Of a stretch of 64,000 nt of DNA, positions 32,372 through 41,584 are shown in pieces. Within the stretch, counting starts at the first letter, position 1; each line of letters opens with the position of its first letter. The stretch comes from an uncultured delta proteobacterium. GTDB taxonomy: Bacteria > Myxococcota > UBA727 > VGSZ01. The notes under the pieces were generated by a model. That model searched no databases and had not been told where the DNA came from. It worked only from the letters and a program-made list of their open reading frames with translations. The translations under genes and the position numbers were made by a program. The DNA lies in assembly GCA_963775425.1 (NCBI GenBank), contig CAVZJB010000004.1, positions 160,001 to 224,000 of the forward strand, in the 5' to 3' direction.

Positions 32372-34684
32372 ATGAAGCGCCTCGCATTGCTGTTCACGCT
32401 CGCCTCGTTCTTTATCGCCCTGCCGGTCAGCCTCGGATGCCCCGCTCCCTCCGAAGGAGAGGGAGAAGGAGAAGGCGAAGGTGAAGGTGAAGGTGAAGGT
32501 GAAGGTGAAGGTGAAGGCGAAGGCGAAGGCGAAGGAGAGGGTGAAGGAGAAGGAGAAGGTGAAGGAGAAGGAGAAGGTGAAGGTGAAGGCGAAGGAGAGG
32601 GCGAGCCCGGACAGGCCGAGACCTGCGACGTCGCCGTCGCGCTGACGGGCGACAGCGGCCGCCTGGACGCCGACCTGTCGGCGTCGCTCAACGATCTCAA
32701 CGCCGAGGACGTCGGCGACTGCACCAACTTCAGCAGCAACGGGCCGGACCAGTTCTACACGCTCGACGTGCCCGCGCAGTCCGTGCTCAGCCTCGACTAC
32801 GACCACACCGCCGGCGACGCGTCGCTGTACGTGCTGGAGTCGTGTGACGCCACCACCTGCGTGGGCGCGGACAAGTCGGTGAGCGGGCCCGAGCACGTCG
32901 ACGTGCTCAACACCTCCGCGGACACCAAGACGTTCATCATCGTGCTCGACTTCTTCTCGAACGCCGGCTCGTCCGTGACGCTGACGTGGGACATCCAGAC
33001 CATCAACGTGCTCGGCGACGGTGACGTGTGCGACCCCGCGAGCATCACCGAGGTCTGCGACACCGCCGGCGGCTCGGCCTGCCTGTCCAACGGCACGGAC
33101 ACCGTCTGCGCGATCCCCGAGGTCCTCGCCGAAGGCGACGCCTGCGCGGTCGGAGACGACACGCATCCGTGTGACGTGCCCGGAGGCTTCCTCTGCCTCG
33201 ACGACGGCTCCGGCGGCACGACCTGCCAGAACCCGAGCCAGGCCGCGTGCGACGTCGCCGTGGACTTCACCGAGCCGAACACCGAGCTCCTCATCGACAC
33301 CGACGCCGGCGGCACCGAGGGCAGTTGCGAGTTCACCAACCGGCCCGAGTCGGTGGTGCACTACGTGACGCAAGAGCGGTCGCGCGTCACCGTCCGCGGC
33401 TTCGGCGCGCGCGCGCTCTACGTGCGCTCGGAGTGCGTGCGCGCGGACAAGGAGCTCGGCTGCTCCACCTCCACCAACCCGAGCATCGTGCTCCCGGACG
33501 TGGAGGCGGGCACCGATCTGTTCATCTTCGGCGAGGCCGACCTCGGTGAAGAGCTGATCGTCGACGTCACCGAGCAACCTCTCACCGTGCTCGCCCCGGA
33601 CGACACGTGCAATCCCACCGACGTACTCCAGGTCTGCGACGCGGGCACCACGTGCCTCGGCGGCCCCGACCCCGAGCCCTTCACCTGCACCACCGAGCAG
33701 CTCCTCGGGCAGGGCGACTCGTGCATCTCCGGGAGCACCTCGGGCATCTGCGACCCCGACCAGAACGTCGAGTGCGACGGCTCCCTCTGCGTCGATGACG
33801 CCGGCGGCACCGCGGCCACGGCCACGCCGGAGACGCTGCCGCTCGACATCAACGTGATCCTCGGGCTCGGCGACACGGACTGCTACGGCTTCGACGCGCC
33901 GGTCGACGGCGACTACGCGTTTGCCACCGTCGACGACGACCCGTTCGACAACCACTGCGGCCCCGGCACCGGGTCCCAGAACGACGCCCGCCTCGCGCTC
34001 TTCCAGAGCGACGGCACGTCCATCACCACCAACGACGACGGCAGCGCCGACGGCTTCTGCCCGCTCATCACGGAGACCCTCACGGCGGGCAGCTACGCCA
34101 TCTGCGTCAACGAGTCGGGCGACAACGCCGCCATCCCGGCGGGCCTGCTGCGCCTCGTCGGCGGGCAGCCGGTGGAGTCGGCCGAGGGCGAGGCCTGCGA
34201 CGCCGGCAGCCCCCTCACACCGTGCGTGGCGGGCACCCAGTGCGTCGGCGGCACCTGCGTCGCGCCGACGGTGACGACGTTGTCGGGCTCCATCGACATC
34301 GCCACCGATCCCACGTGGACCCGCTTCTCGTCGACCTGCACCACCGGCAGCAGCAGCGTCGCGTTCGACCGCTATACGGCGACCAACAACAGCGGCGGCG
34401 ATGTGCTCGTCACCTTCGAGATCACGGCGCCGGGCGACGACACGGCGTGTGCGTTCGACAGCTTCATGCACGTGTTCACGAGCCCGGTGGATCCGCCGAA
34501 CGCCACGGTGGACCAGTGCATCGAGGGTGATGACGACGACGGCGTCGGCACCTGCGCGTCCATCACGCGCACGCTCGCCGACGGCGACGTCGTGGACGTG
34601 ATCGTGTCGCCGTTCTCGTCGGGCAGCGGAGCGTACAATCTGAAGGTCAGCGCGTTCGGCACCATCGACGTGCAGGCCGACTGA
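32372..34684 (+). CDS. Large Cys-rich acidic lipoprotein with an (EG)25 linker and PPC-like domains
   Basis: SLGC lipobox; 51-codon EG tract at 32453-32605; repeated GDxC..C..G..C modules; AAGGAG RBS. Confidence 0.88.
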   Translation: MKRLALLFTLASFFIALPVSLGCPAPSEGEGEGEGEGEGEGEGEGEGEGEGEGEGEGEGEGEGEGEGEGEGEGEGEGEPGQAETCDVAVALTGDSGRLDADLSASLNDLNAEDVGDCTNFSSNGPDQFYTLDVPAQSVLSLDYDHTAGDASLYVLESCDATTCVGADKSVSGPEHVDVLNTSADTKTFIIVLDFFSNAGSSVTLTWDIQTINVLGDGDVCDPASITEVCDTAGGSACLSNGTDTVCAIPEVLAEGDACAVGDDTHPCDVPGGFLCLDDGSGGTTCQNPSQAACDVAVDFTEPNTELLIDTDAGGTEGSCEFTNRPESVVHYVTQERSRVTVRGFGARALYVRSECVRADKELGCSTSTNPSIVLPDVEAGTDLFIFGEADLGEELIVDVTEQPLTVLAPDDTCNPTDVLQVCDAGTTCLGGPDPEPFTCTTEQLLGQGDSCISGSTSGICDPDQNVECDGSLCVDDAGGTAATATPETLPLDINVILGLGDTDCYGFDAPVDGDYAFATVDDDPFDNHCGPGTGSQNDARLALFQSDGTSITTNDDGSADGFCPLITETLTAGSYAICVNESGDNAAIPAGLLRLVGGQPVESAEGEACDAGSPLTPCVAGTQCVGGTCVAPTVTTLSGSIDIATDPTWTRFSSTCTTGSSSVAFDRYTATNNSGGDVLVTFEITAPGDDTACAFDSFMHVFTSPVDPPNATVDQCIEGDDDDGVGTCASITRTLADGDVVDVIVSPFSSGSGAYNLKVSAFGTIDVQAD

Positions 34685-34691
34685 CCGAGGG

Positions 34692-36260
34692 TCAATCGAA
34701 CCAGCCGCAGACCCACTCCTCGTCGAGCTCGTCGTCGACGAGGAGCAGGGCGCGGCGACCGTCGGCGAGGACCACGAGCTCGTAGGTGCGGGCGTAGGGC
34801 TGGTCCGCCTTGTCCTCGCCCTCGAGCACGCCGAGCAGCTCGCGGCGCGCGACGCCCGAGAACGACGGGCGCGCGGGCCGGGGCAACAGGCGCAGGGGCC
34901 AGGGCCAGGCGGCCAGGAAGCGTCCGCCGCGGGTGACGGCGCCCTCGGCGAGGGGCGGGACCTTGCGGGGCCGCCGCCTTTCGGGCGCGGCCGGCCGCGG
35001 GGGCGGCGGGGGCGGCGGCCAGGCCAGGCGGGTCATGCGCTCGGGCAGGGGATCGTCGGTGACGACGAGGCAGCCGACGCGATCGGCGCCGAGCTCCGCG
35101 GACATCTCGGCGAGCAACGAGACGAGGGCGTCGGCGGCCTTCTCCTCGGCGCCCTCGGCGCCGTGGACGTGGGGCAGCGCGAGCTGCCTCGGGCCCCGGC
35201 GGGCGAGCCGCAGGGCCTCGAGGGCCACGTGATCCACGGGGTCCTCGAGGGAGACCCGCTCCAGGCGCGTGGTCAGGGCCCGCAGGAGCGCCCGGGGATT
35301 GGCGAGGGGGTCCGGGAAGGCCACGTCGACCCCCCGCGGATCCCGCCGGCGCCCCCCCACCGGAGAGGCCCGCAGGGTGAGGCGGACCTCCGCTACGCGC
35401 TGCCGCTGGGCCCGGGCGCGAATACAAAGACGATTACATAGGTTGTTCAAGAGAAATGACAGGGGCGGGAGAGCCGTGAGCGGATGTTCGAGATCCAGCG
35501 CCTCGACGAGGCGCTCGGGCGGGGCGATGCCCCGCAAGGGAGTCCTGCGGGCGCCGACGGTGTCGAGGATCGCGCCGGCGTCGGCGCCGAGCCGCTCGAC
35601 GCCGCCCTTGGGCAAGAGGCGGACGAGGTCGGCGGCGGTGGCGGCCCCCAAGGCCTGAAGCTGCGCCGCCATCCCGGCGGACAGATCGAGGGCGCGCACG
35701 GGCAGCGCCGCCAGCACGCGCTCGACGCCGCCGGCCTCGACGACGAGGGACTGCCGGCGCGGCTGCCCCTCGACGGAGACGGCGCGCGCCAGGGCCAATG
35801 ACAGGCGGGTGCCGGGGCTGGCGACGACGACGGCGGCGTGGCCGAGGCGGGCGCAGGCGCGGCGCACGTCGGTGAGGATGCGCGCGACGGGGCGGACCAT
35901 GCCCTGGAGGTCGAGGGCCACGCAGGCCATGGGCAGGCCCGTCCAGGCCGCCGGGAGCACGGGCTCGACGACGGGGGAGCACGCGAGCAGCACCTCGGCG
36001 ACCACCGCGAGCTCCGCGGCCAGGCGCGCTCCCTCGACGACGTCGACGACGAGGGACGGCGCGTGGCGCTGGGCGTCGAGGACGCGCATGCCCGGCCGCA
36101 CCCCCAGGGCGCGCGCGCCGGCGGTGGCGTCGACGAGGACGGACACCGAGCGCAGGACGAAGGGCGCCTTGCCCTCGTCGACGACGACGGCGCGCACCTC
36201 TCCCTCGGGGAGCGCGAGCACCTCGCTGGGGAGCCGCGGGAGCCCGGCGACGGCGATCAG
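34692..36260 (-). CDS. imuB: ImuB-like inactive Y-family DNA polymerase (start uncertain)
   Basis: ARALGVRPGMRVLDAQ, SPVVE, LAALPVRALDL, EWVCGWFD C-terminus. Confidence 0.8.
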   Translation of the reverse strand: MIAVAGLPRLPSEVLALPEGEVRAVVVDEGKAPFVLRSVSVLVDATAGARALGVRPGMRVLDAQRHAPSLVVDVVEGARLAAELAVVAEVLLACSPVVEPVLPAAWTGLPMACVALDLQGMVRPVARILTDVRRACARLGHAAVVVASPGTRLSLALARAVSVEGQPRRQSLVVEAGGVERVLAALPVRALDLSAGMAAQLQALGAATAADLVRLLPKGGVERLGADAGAILDTVGARRTPLRGIAPPERLVEALDLEHPLTALPPLSFLLNNLCNRLCIRARAQRQRVAEVRLTLRASPVGGRRRDPRGVDVAFPDPLANPRALLRALTTRLERVSLEDPVDHVALEALRLARRGPRQLALPHVHGAEGAEEKAADALVSLLAEMSAELGADRVGCLVVTDDPLPERMTRLAWPPPPPPPRPAAPERRRPRKVPPLAEGAVTRGGRFLAAWPWPLRLLPRPARPSFSGVARRELLGVLEGEDKADQPYARTYELVVLADGRRALLLVDDELDEEWVCGWFD

Positions 36261-37235
36261 GGGCCCGTGCCCTCCTCGTCCTGGGCCGGCGTGCCGGCTT
36301 CGAGGGGAGCGACCGGGGCCGTGCCGACCTCCATGGGAGTGCAGGCTTCCAGGGGGACGACGGCGCCGAGGGCCGGCGTGCCGGCTTCGAAGGGGGCGTG
36401 GCCCGCGCCCGGCAGCGCGCCCCCCGAAGCCGGCACGCCGGCCGACACAGGCGACGCCCCCCCTGAAGCCGGCACGCCGCCCCACGACGACGACGTCCCC
36501 CCCGAAGCGGGCACGCCGCCCCACGACGACGACGACGTCCCCCCCGAAGTCGGCGCGCCGTCGACGCGCAGGCGCAGCGGGGGCCGCGGGCCGTGGCGGT
36601 GGCGCAGGAAGCGGACGTGGAGCTCGCCGTCGACGGTCTCCACAAGCGCGCGCGCGGCGACCGGCAGCGGCAGCCCGCGGCGGGCGCGCGACGAGGTCAA
36701 GAGCACCGCCAGCCCCCGGGACTCCTCGGCGGCGAGCGCCAGCCGGCGAACACCGGTGACGACGGTGGACAGGTCCCCCTGCCCGCCCGCGTCGACGAGG
36801 ACGCCGGCGAAGGCCCCGCTGCGAAAGGCGCGCACCGACGTCCGCAAGAGCCGGTCCGCGTCGGGCTGCAGCACCAGGAGCTTGTCGAGCCCGACCCCGT
36901 GGGGCTCGAGCAGCGTCGCCACCGCCGGCGCGTGCAGGGTGCGGCTCGGGTCCACCGCGCACAGGAAGCCCGGCCGCGCCGCCGCCAGCGCCCGGCGGCG
37001 GGCCTCGGCCAGCAGCAGCAGCCCGAGGGTCGAGCGCCCCTGCCCCCGGCAGCGCCGACAGCTCGACGACGGCCCCCTCCACCATGAGCCCCCCGAGGGG
37101 ATCATCCGCGCGCGCGGGAGCGGGAGACGGGCCGCCGAGCGCCAGCGCCAGGCTCCCCCGGCGGGCCTGCAGCGAGGCGAGCACGGTGGAGGCGCTGGGG
37201 CGCTCGAGGGGAGCCCGGTATGGGATCGCGGACAT
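36257..37235 (-). CDS. imuA: ImuA/RecA-like protein with an apparent +1 frameshift in G-runs at about 37037-37048
   Basis: GAVVELSALPG|GRSTLGL, CAVDP, GVGLDKLLVLQP, RSGAFAGVLVD, RRLALAAEE; AAGGAGG RBS. Confidence 0.78.
36283..36560. repeat. Array of direct and inverted copies of GAAGCCGGCACGCCG
   Basis: Copies at about 36426, 36465, 36504 and 36546; inverted copies at about 36287 and 36374, plus degenerate ones at about 36320-36350. Confidence 0.85.
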
Positions 37236-37247
37236 ACGACCTCCTTA

Positions 37248-37264
37248 CCTGAACATCTGTTTAG
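37248..37264 (-). promoter_or_regulatory. LexA (SOS) box, Myxococcus type
   Basis: CTAAACAGATGTTCAGG matches CTRHAMRYBYGTTCAGS at 15 of 17 positions, directly upstream of the imuA RBS. Confidence 0.85.
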
Positions 37265-37331
37265 CCTCTCGGAATTTGCGATCGCAAGGCGGGTCTCGAC
37301 GAATTCGAGATCAAGTGCTGTAAGTCCTTGA

Positions 37332-37793
37332 ATGCACATCAGAGATGGTCGGATCGAGGACGCGGAGACCCTGGTCGATTTCAACGCCCGCATGGCCCAG
37401 GAGACCGAGGGCAAGGCGCTCGAGCGCGCCGCCCTCGCCCGCGGCGTCGCGCGCCTGCTGCGGGAGCCCGGGCTCGGGCGCTACTTCGTCGCCGAGGACG
37501 CGAGCGGCGTCATCGGCTGCCTCATGATCACCAGCGAGTGGAGCGACTGGCGCGACGGTTGGTTCTGGTGGATCCAGAGCGTCTACGTCCGCGAGGACGC
37601 CCGCCGCCGCGGTGTCTACCGGGCACTGCACGAGCACGTGGTGGCCGAGGCGAAGAAGGCCGGCGACGTCGTCGGCATCCGGCTCTACGTCGAGCCCCAC
37701 AACACCCGCGCGCAAAAGACCTACGCGCGCATGGGCATGGCCAAGACCTACGACGTCATGGAGCAGCCCCTCCCGCCCGGAACCGGCGCATGA
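37332..37793 (+). CDS. GNAT N-acetyltransferase
   Basis: EWSDWRDG..WIQSVYV..RRRGVYRAL, RLYVE..N..AQKTY. Confidence 0.92.
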   Translation: MHIRDGRIEDAETLVDFNARMAQETEGKALERAALARGVARLLREPGLGRYFVAEDASGVIGCLMITSEWSDWRDGWFWWIQSVYVREDARRRGVYRALHEHVVAEAKKAGDVVGIRLYVEPHNTRAQKTYARMGMAKTYDVMEQPLPPGTGA

Positions 37794-37800
37794 TGCGCCC

Positions 37801-39429
37801 ATGAAGCCCTTCCCCACCGGCGCCGCGCTCCTGCACGATCCCGTCCTCAACAAGGGCACCGCGTTCACCGAGGCCGAGCGTGACGCCCTCGGCCTGCGCG
37901 GCCTGCTGCCGCCGCGGGTGCACACGCAGGACGAGCAGGTGGCGCGCGTCCTCGAAAACCTCCACGCGAAGGAAAACGACCTCGAGAAGTACATCCTGCT
38001 CATCGGCCTGCAGGACAGGAACGAGACGCTCTTCTACCGGGTCCTCGAGGACAACATCGAAGAGCTCATGCCAATCATCTACACGCCGACGGTGGGCCTC
38101 GCCTGCCAGCGCTACGGGCACATCTTCCGGCGCCCGCGCGGGCTCTACGTCACCGCCGACGACGCCGGCCGCGTCGACGAGATCCTCGCCAACTGGAAGG
38201 ACGACGTCGAGGTCGCCGTGGTCACCGACGGCGAGCGCATCCTCGGCCTCGGAGACCTCGCGGCCAACGGCATGGGCATCCCCGTCGGCAAGCTCTCCCT
38301 CTACACCGCCTGCGCCGGCATCGATCCGCAGCGCTGTCTGCCGATCACCCTCGACGTCGGCACCGAGAACCCCTCGCTGCGCGACGACCCGCTGTACATC
38401 GGCTTGCGGCGTCCGCGGCTGCGCGGCGAGGCGTACGACGCCCTCGTCGAGGAGCTCGTCGTCGCCGTGACCGCGCGCTGGCCGCGGCTGCTCTTTCAGT
38501 TCGAGGACTTCGGCAACAAGAACGCCTTTCGCCTCCTCGCGCGCTACAAAGACCGGCTCGCCACGTTCAACGACGACATCCAGGGCACCGCCGCCGTCGC
38601 CGTCGCCGGCCTCCTGGCCGCCCTGCGGATCACCGGCGCGCCGCTCGCGGAGCAGCGCCTGTTGTTCCTCGGCGCCGGCGAGGCCGGCACCGGCATCGCG
38701 CGCCTGTTCGCCGCCGCCCTCGCCGACCAGGGCATCTCCGAGGAGGACGCCCTCGGCTGCTCCTGGCTGTACGACTCGCGCGGGCTCGTCACCGCCGCGC
38801 GCGAAAACCTCGAGGCGCACAAAGCGCCGTTCGCGCACGCGCACGCGCCCGTCGACGACCTCGAGGCCGCCGTGAAGGCGCTTCGGCCCACGGCGCTCAT
38901 CGGCACCTCCACCAAGGGCGGCGCGTTCACCCCGGCGGTGCTCGCGGCGATGGCGGCGCACAACGACAGGCCGGTGGTGTTCGCGCTGTCGAACCCCACG
39001 TCGAGCTCCGAGTGCACCGCCGAGGCCGCCTACCGCCACACCGGCGGCCGCGCGGTGTTCGCCAGCGGCAGCCCCTTCGCGCCCGTCGAGCTCGACGGCA
39101 AGCGCTTCGTCCCCGGACAGGGAAACAACGTCTACGTCTTCCCCGGCGTCGGCCTGGGCGTGCTCGCGACCGGCGCCAGGCGCGTCACCGACGAGATGTT
39201 CCTCGCGGCCGCGCGCGCCCTCGCCGCCGAGGTCGCCGACGACGACCTCGCCGTCGGCCGCGTCTACCCCGCGCTGTCCCGGGTGCGTGACGTGTCGATC
39301 GCCGTCGCCACCGCCGTCGCCGAGGTCGCGTACGCGTCGGGGCTGGCGACCGCGCCGCGCCCCGCGGATCTCGCCGAGGCGATCGCTGAGCGGATGGTTG
39401 TCCCCCGCTATCGCGACTACGCGCGCTGA
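37801..39429 (+). CDS. maeA: NAD(P)-dependent malic enzyme (MaeA/SfcA type)
   Basis: VTDGERILGLGD, FEDF, FNDDIQGT, GAGEAG, LSNPT. Confidence 0.93.
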   Translation: MKPFPTGAALLHDPVLNKGTAFTEAERDALGLRGLLPPRVHTQDEQVARVLENLHAKENDLEKYILLIGLQDRNETLFYRVLEDNIEELMPIIYTPTVGLACQRYGHIFRRPRGLYVTADDAGRVDEILANWKDDVEVAVVTDGERILGLGDLAANGMGIPVGKLSLYTACAGIDPQRCLPITLDVGTENPSLRDDPLYIGLRRPRLRGEAYDALVEELVVAVTARWPRLLFQFEDFGNKNAFRLLARYKDRLATFNDDIQGTAAVAVAGLLAALRITGAPLAEQRLLFLGAGEAGTGIARLFAAALADQGISEEDALGCSWLYDSRGLVTAARENLEAHKAPFAHAHAPVDDLEAAVKALRPTALIGTSTKGGAFTPAVLAAMAAHNDRPVVFALSNPTSSSECTAEAAYRHTGGRAVFASGSPFAPVELDGKRFVPGQGNNVYVFPGVGLGVLATGARRVTDEMFLAAARALAAEVADDDLAVGRVYPALSRVRDVSIAVATAVAEVAYASGLATAPRPADLAEAIAERMVVPRYRDYAR

Positions 39430-39439
39430 GCGGCGAGGC

Positions 39440-41584
39440 TCAAGCCGAGGCGACCGGGAGCGTGAAGGAGATCTCGACCTCGCCGCCCTCGGAGGTGGCC
39501 TGGATGCGGCCGCCGTGCGCCTCCACCAGGCCCTTCGCGATGAACAGGCCAAGCCCGAGGCCCGCTTTCCGCCCCTCATGCGCCTCGGGCGTCCGATAGA
39601 AGCGGGTGAACAGGCTCGTGAGCGCGGCGGCCTCGATAAAACCGCGGTTCCTCACCGAGACGCGCACCATGCCGTCCACGGCGTCGACGGCCACGACAAT
39701 CTCGCCATCCGGCTCGCCGTACTTGGCGGCGTTCGACAACAGGTTCGCGAGCACGCGCTCGACGCGGGCGCGGTCCGCGTAGATGGGAGGCACGCCCTCT
39801 GCCACGCGGACCGTCACCGGCTGCCCGGTCCCGCTGAGCAGGTCGGCGAGCTGCTCCACGATCTCCTGGATCACCGCGGCTGCGTCGAGGCGCTCCCGCT
39901 TGAGCCGCAGTTGCCCCGCCTCGAGCAGCGAAGTGTCCACGAGCTCGTCGAGCATCGCCACCATGCGGTCGACGGCGATGCGGATGCGATCGACGGCCCG
40001 GCTCGCTTGGGCGCCGCCGGCGGGCGCCCGCGCCAGGAGATCGTCCGACATGCGGATGGCCGCGAGCGGCTGCCGCAGGTCGTGCGCGACCATCGCCGCC
40101 CACTCCTCGCGCAAGCGCTCGATCACCCGGAGGGCCGTGAGGTCGCGCCACACCGTCACGGCGCCGGTGATGGTGTCGTGGTCGAGGATCGGTGAGGAGC
40201 TCAACGCCATGGGCACGATCTCGCCGTCGCGCGTCACCACCTGGACGTCGACGCGCTCCGTCACCTCGCGGTACCGCAAGCTCCTGATCAGAGGACGCTC
40301 CTCCCACGGGATGGGCTCCCCCGACGGCCGGCGCAGGTCGAAGACAACGGCGTTCCCGAGCGGATCCCGCTCGCCCTCCTTCGCCACGTCGAGCTCGTGC
40401 GCGCGGCGGTTCACGAGCAGGTGGCCCTCGGCGTCGGAGATGACCATGGGCTCCGGGGTCTGATCGATGGCCGCCTGGAGCCAGGCCCGCTGCTTCTCCA
40501 CCCGCTCGGCGGCGACCGCGATCTCGATTGCCATGGCGGCGCGGGGCGCGAGCATCCTCATGAAGATCTCGTCGTCGGCGTCGAACTCGGGGGCGGCGCG
40601 CTTGTTCGCGAGGTACAGCCCGCCGACGACGCGGCCCGCGTGGGTGATCGGCACCGCGAGGAAGCTCGCCAGCTCGGGGTGGCTGCGCGGGATGCCCCGG
40701 AAGGCCGGGTGCCCCGCCGGCTCGCGTAAGCGCACCGCGGCGCCGTCGGCCAGGAGGGCGAGCACCCCCACCGGCCGCGGGATGGCCATCTGGCGCGCCG
40801 TCTCCGGGTCGACACCGCTCTGCACCCACTTGTCGAAGGGGCGCTGCGCCGATCCCCCCAACCCCACCGCCGACGCCTCGGCGTCGGCGAGGTGGCGCGC
40901 CTGCTCCGCGATGGTCTGGAGCACGCCGTCGAGCCCGATCCGGGGAAGCTCGGCGACGCTCTCGGTGATGACGAGGTGCGCCGCGGAGACCCGCTCCATC
41001 TGCGCGCGCAAGTGAAGCTCGCTTTCGTGCGCCGACCGCAGCTCGCGCGCGAGCTCCTCGTGCGCGCTCACATCGAAGAGCAGCGTGGGGTACTTCCTCT
41101 TGCCGGTGGCGGCACCGGCGTCGAGCGCGCTGATCATCTCGACGGCCACGGGCGCGCCCCTCGGTGCGATCTTGACGCCCGTGCGCACGACCTCCGCGGC
41201 CGCCGTGCAGCGCTGCATGTGCCGCCAGAACGGCGCGGAGTCGGACATCTCCGCGACCACGACAAAGGGCTTTCCGACGAGCGTCGCCCGCTCGCGGTCG
41301 AAGAGCTGCTGCGCCGCGAGGTTGGCCTCGACGACGAGGCCCTTGTCGTCGAGGAACACCGCGGCCACGGGGGCGACGTCGAAGAAACGCGCCCACAGCG
41401 TGGCCGTCGGCCGCGCCGGCTCCGCCCGGGCGCACGCCTCCTCGAGCTCCCGCACCTGGGCGTCGGTGCGCGCGCAGCGCTCGCGGAGTGCTTCCGTCGA
41501 CGCCTCGAGGCCCTCGACGAGCCGCGCGAGCTCCTCGCGTGACAGCTCGCTCAGCGGGCGGCGGCGCAGCTCGTCGAGGTTCAT
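39440..41584 (-). CDS. PAS-GAF-PAS sensor histidine kinase
   Basis: AHDLRQPL H-box, NLLSNAAKY, GLGLGL; GAF segment GGLYLANK. Confidence 0.92.
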   Translation of the reverse strand: MNLDELRRRPLSELSREELARLVEGLEASTEALRERCARTDAQVRELEEACARAEPARPTATLWARFFDVAPVAAVFLDDKGLVVEANLAAQQLFDRERATLVGKPFVVVAEMSDSAPFWRHMQRCTAAAEVVRTGVKIAPRGAPVAVEMISALDAGAATGKRKYPTLLFDVSAHEELARELRSAHESELHLRAQMERVSAAHLVITESVAELPRIGLDGVLQTIAEQARHLADAEASAVGLGGSAQRPFDKWVQSGVDPETARQMAIPRPVGVLALLADGAAVRLREPAGHPAFRGIPRSHPELASFLAVPITHAGRVVGGLYLANKRAAPEFDADDEIFMRMLAPRAAMAIEIAVAAERVEKQRAWLQAAIDQTPEPMVISDAEGHLLVNRRAHELDVAKEGERDPLGNAVVFDLRRPSGEPIPWEERPLIRSLRYREVTERVDVQVVTRDGEIVPMALSSSPILDHDTITGAVTVWRDLTALRVIERLREEWAAMVAHDLRQPLAAIRMSDDLLARAPAGGAQASRAVDRIRIAVDRMVAMLDELVDTSLLEAGQLRLKRERLDAAAVIQEIVEQLADLLSGTGQPVTVRVAEGVPPIYADRARVERVLANLLSNAAKYGEPDGEIVVAVDAVDGMVRVSVRNRGFIEAAALTSLFTRFYRTPEAHEGRKAGLGLGLFIAKGLVEAHGGRIQATSEGGEVEISFTLPVASA

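Noticed and set aside
36283-36560. CRISPR or mini-array
   Set aside because: The repeat is about 15-20 bp, present in both orientations, and the spacers resemble each other
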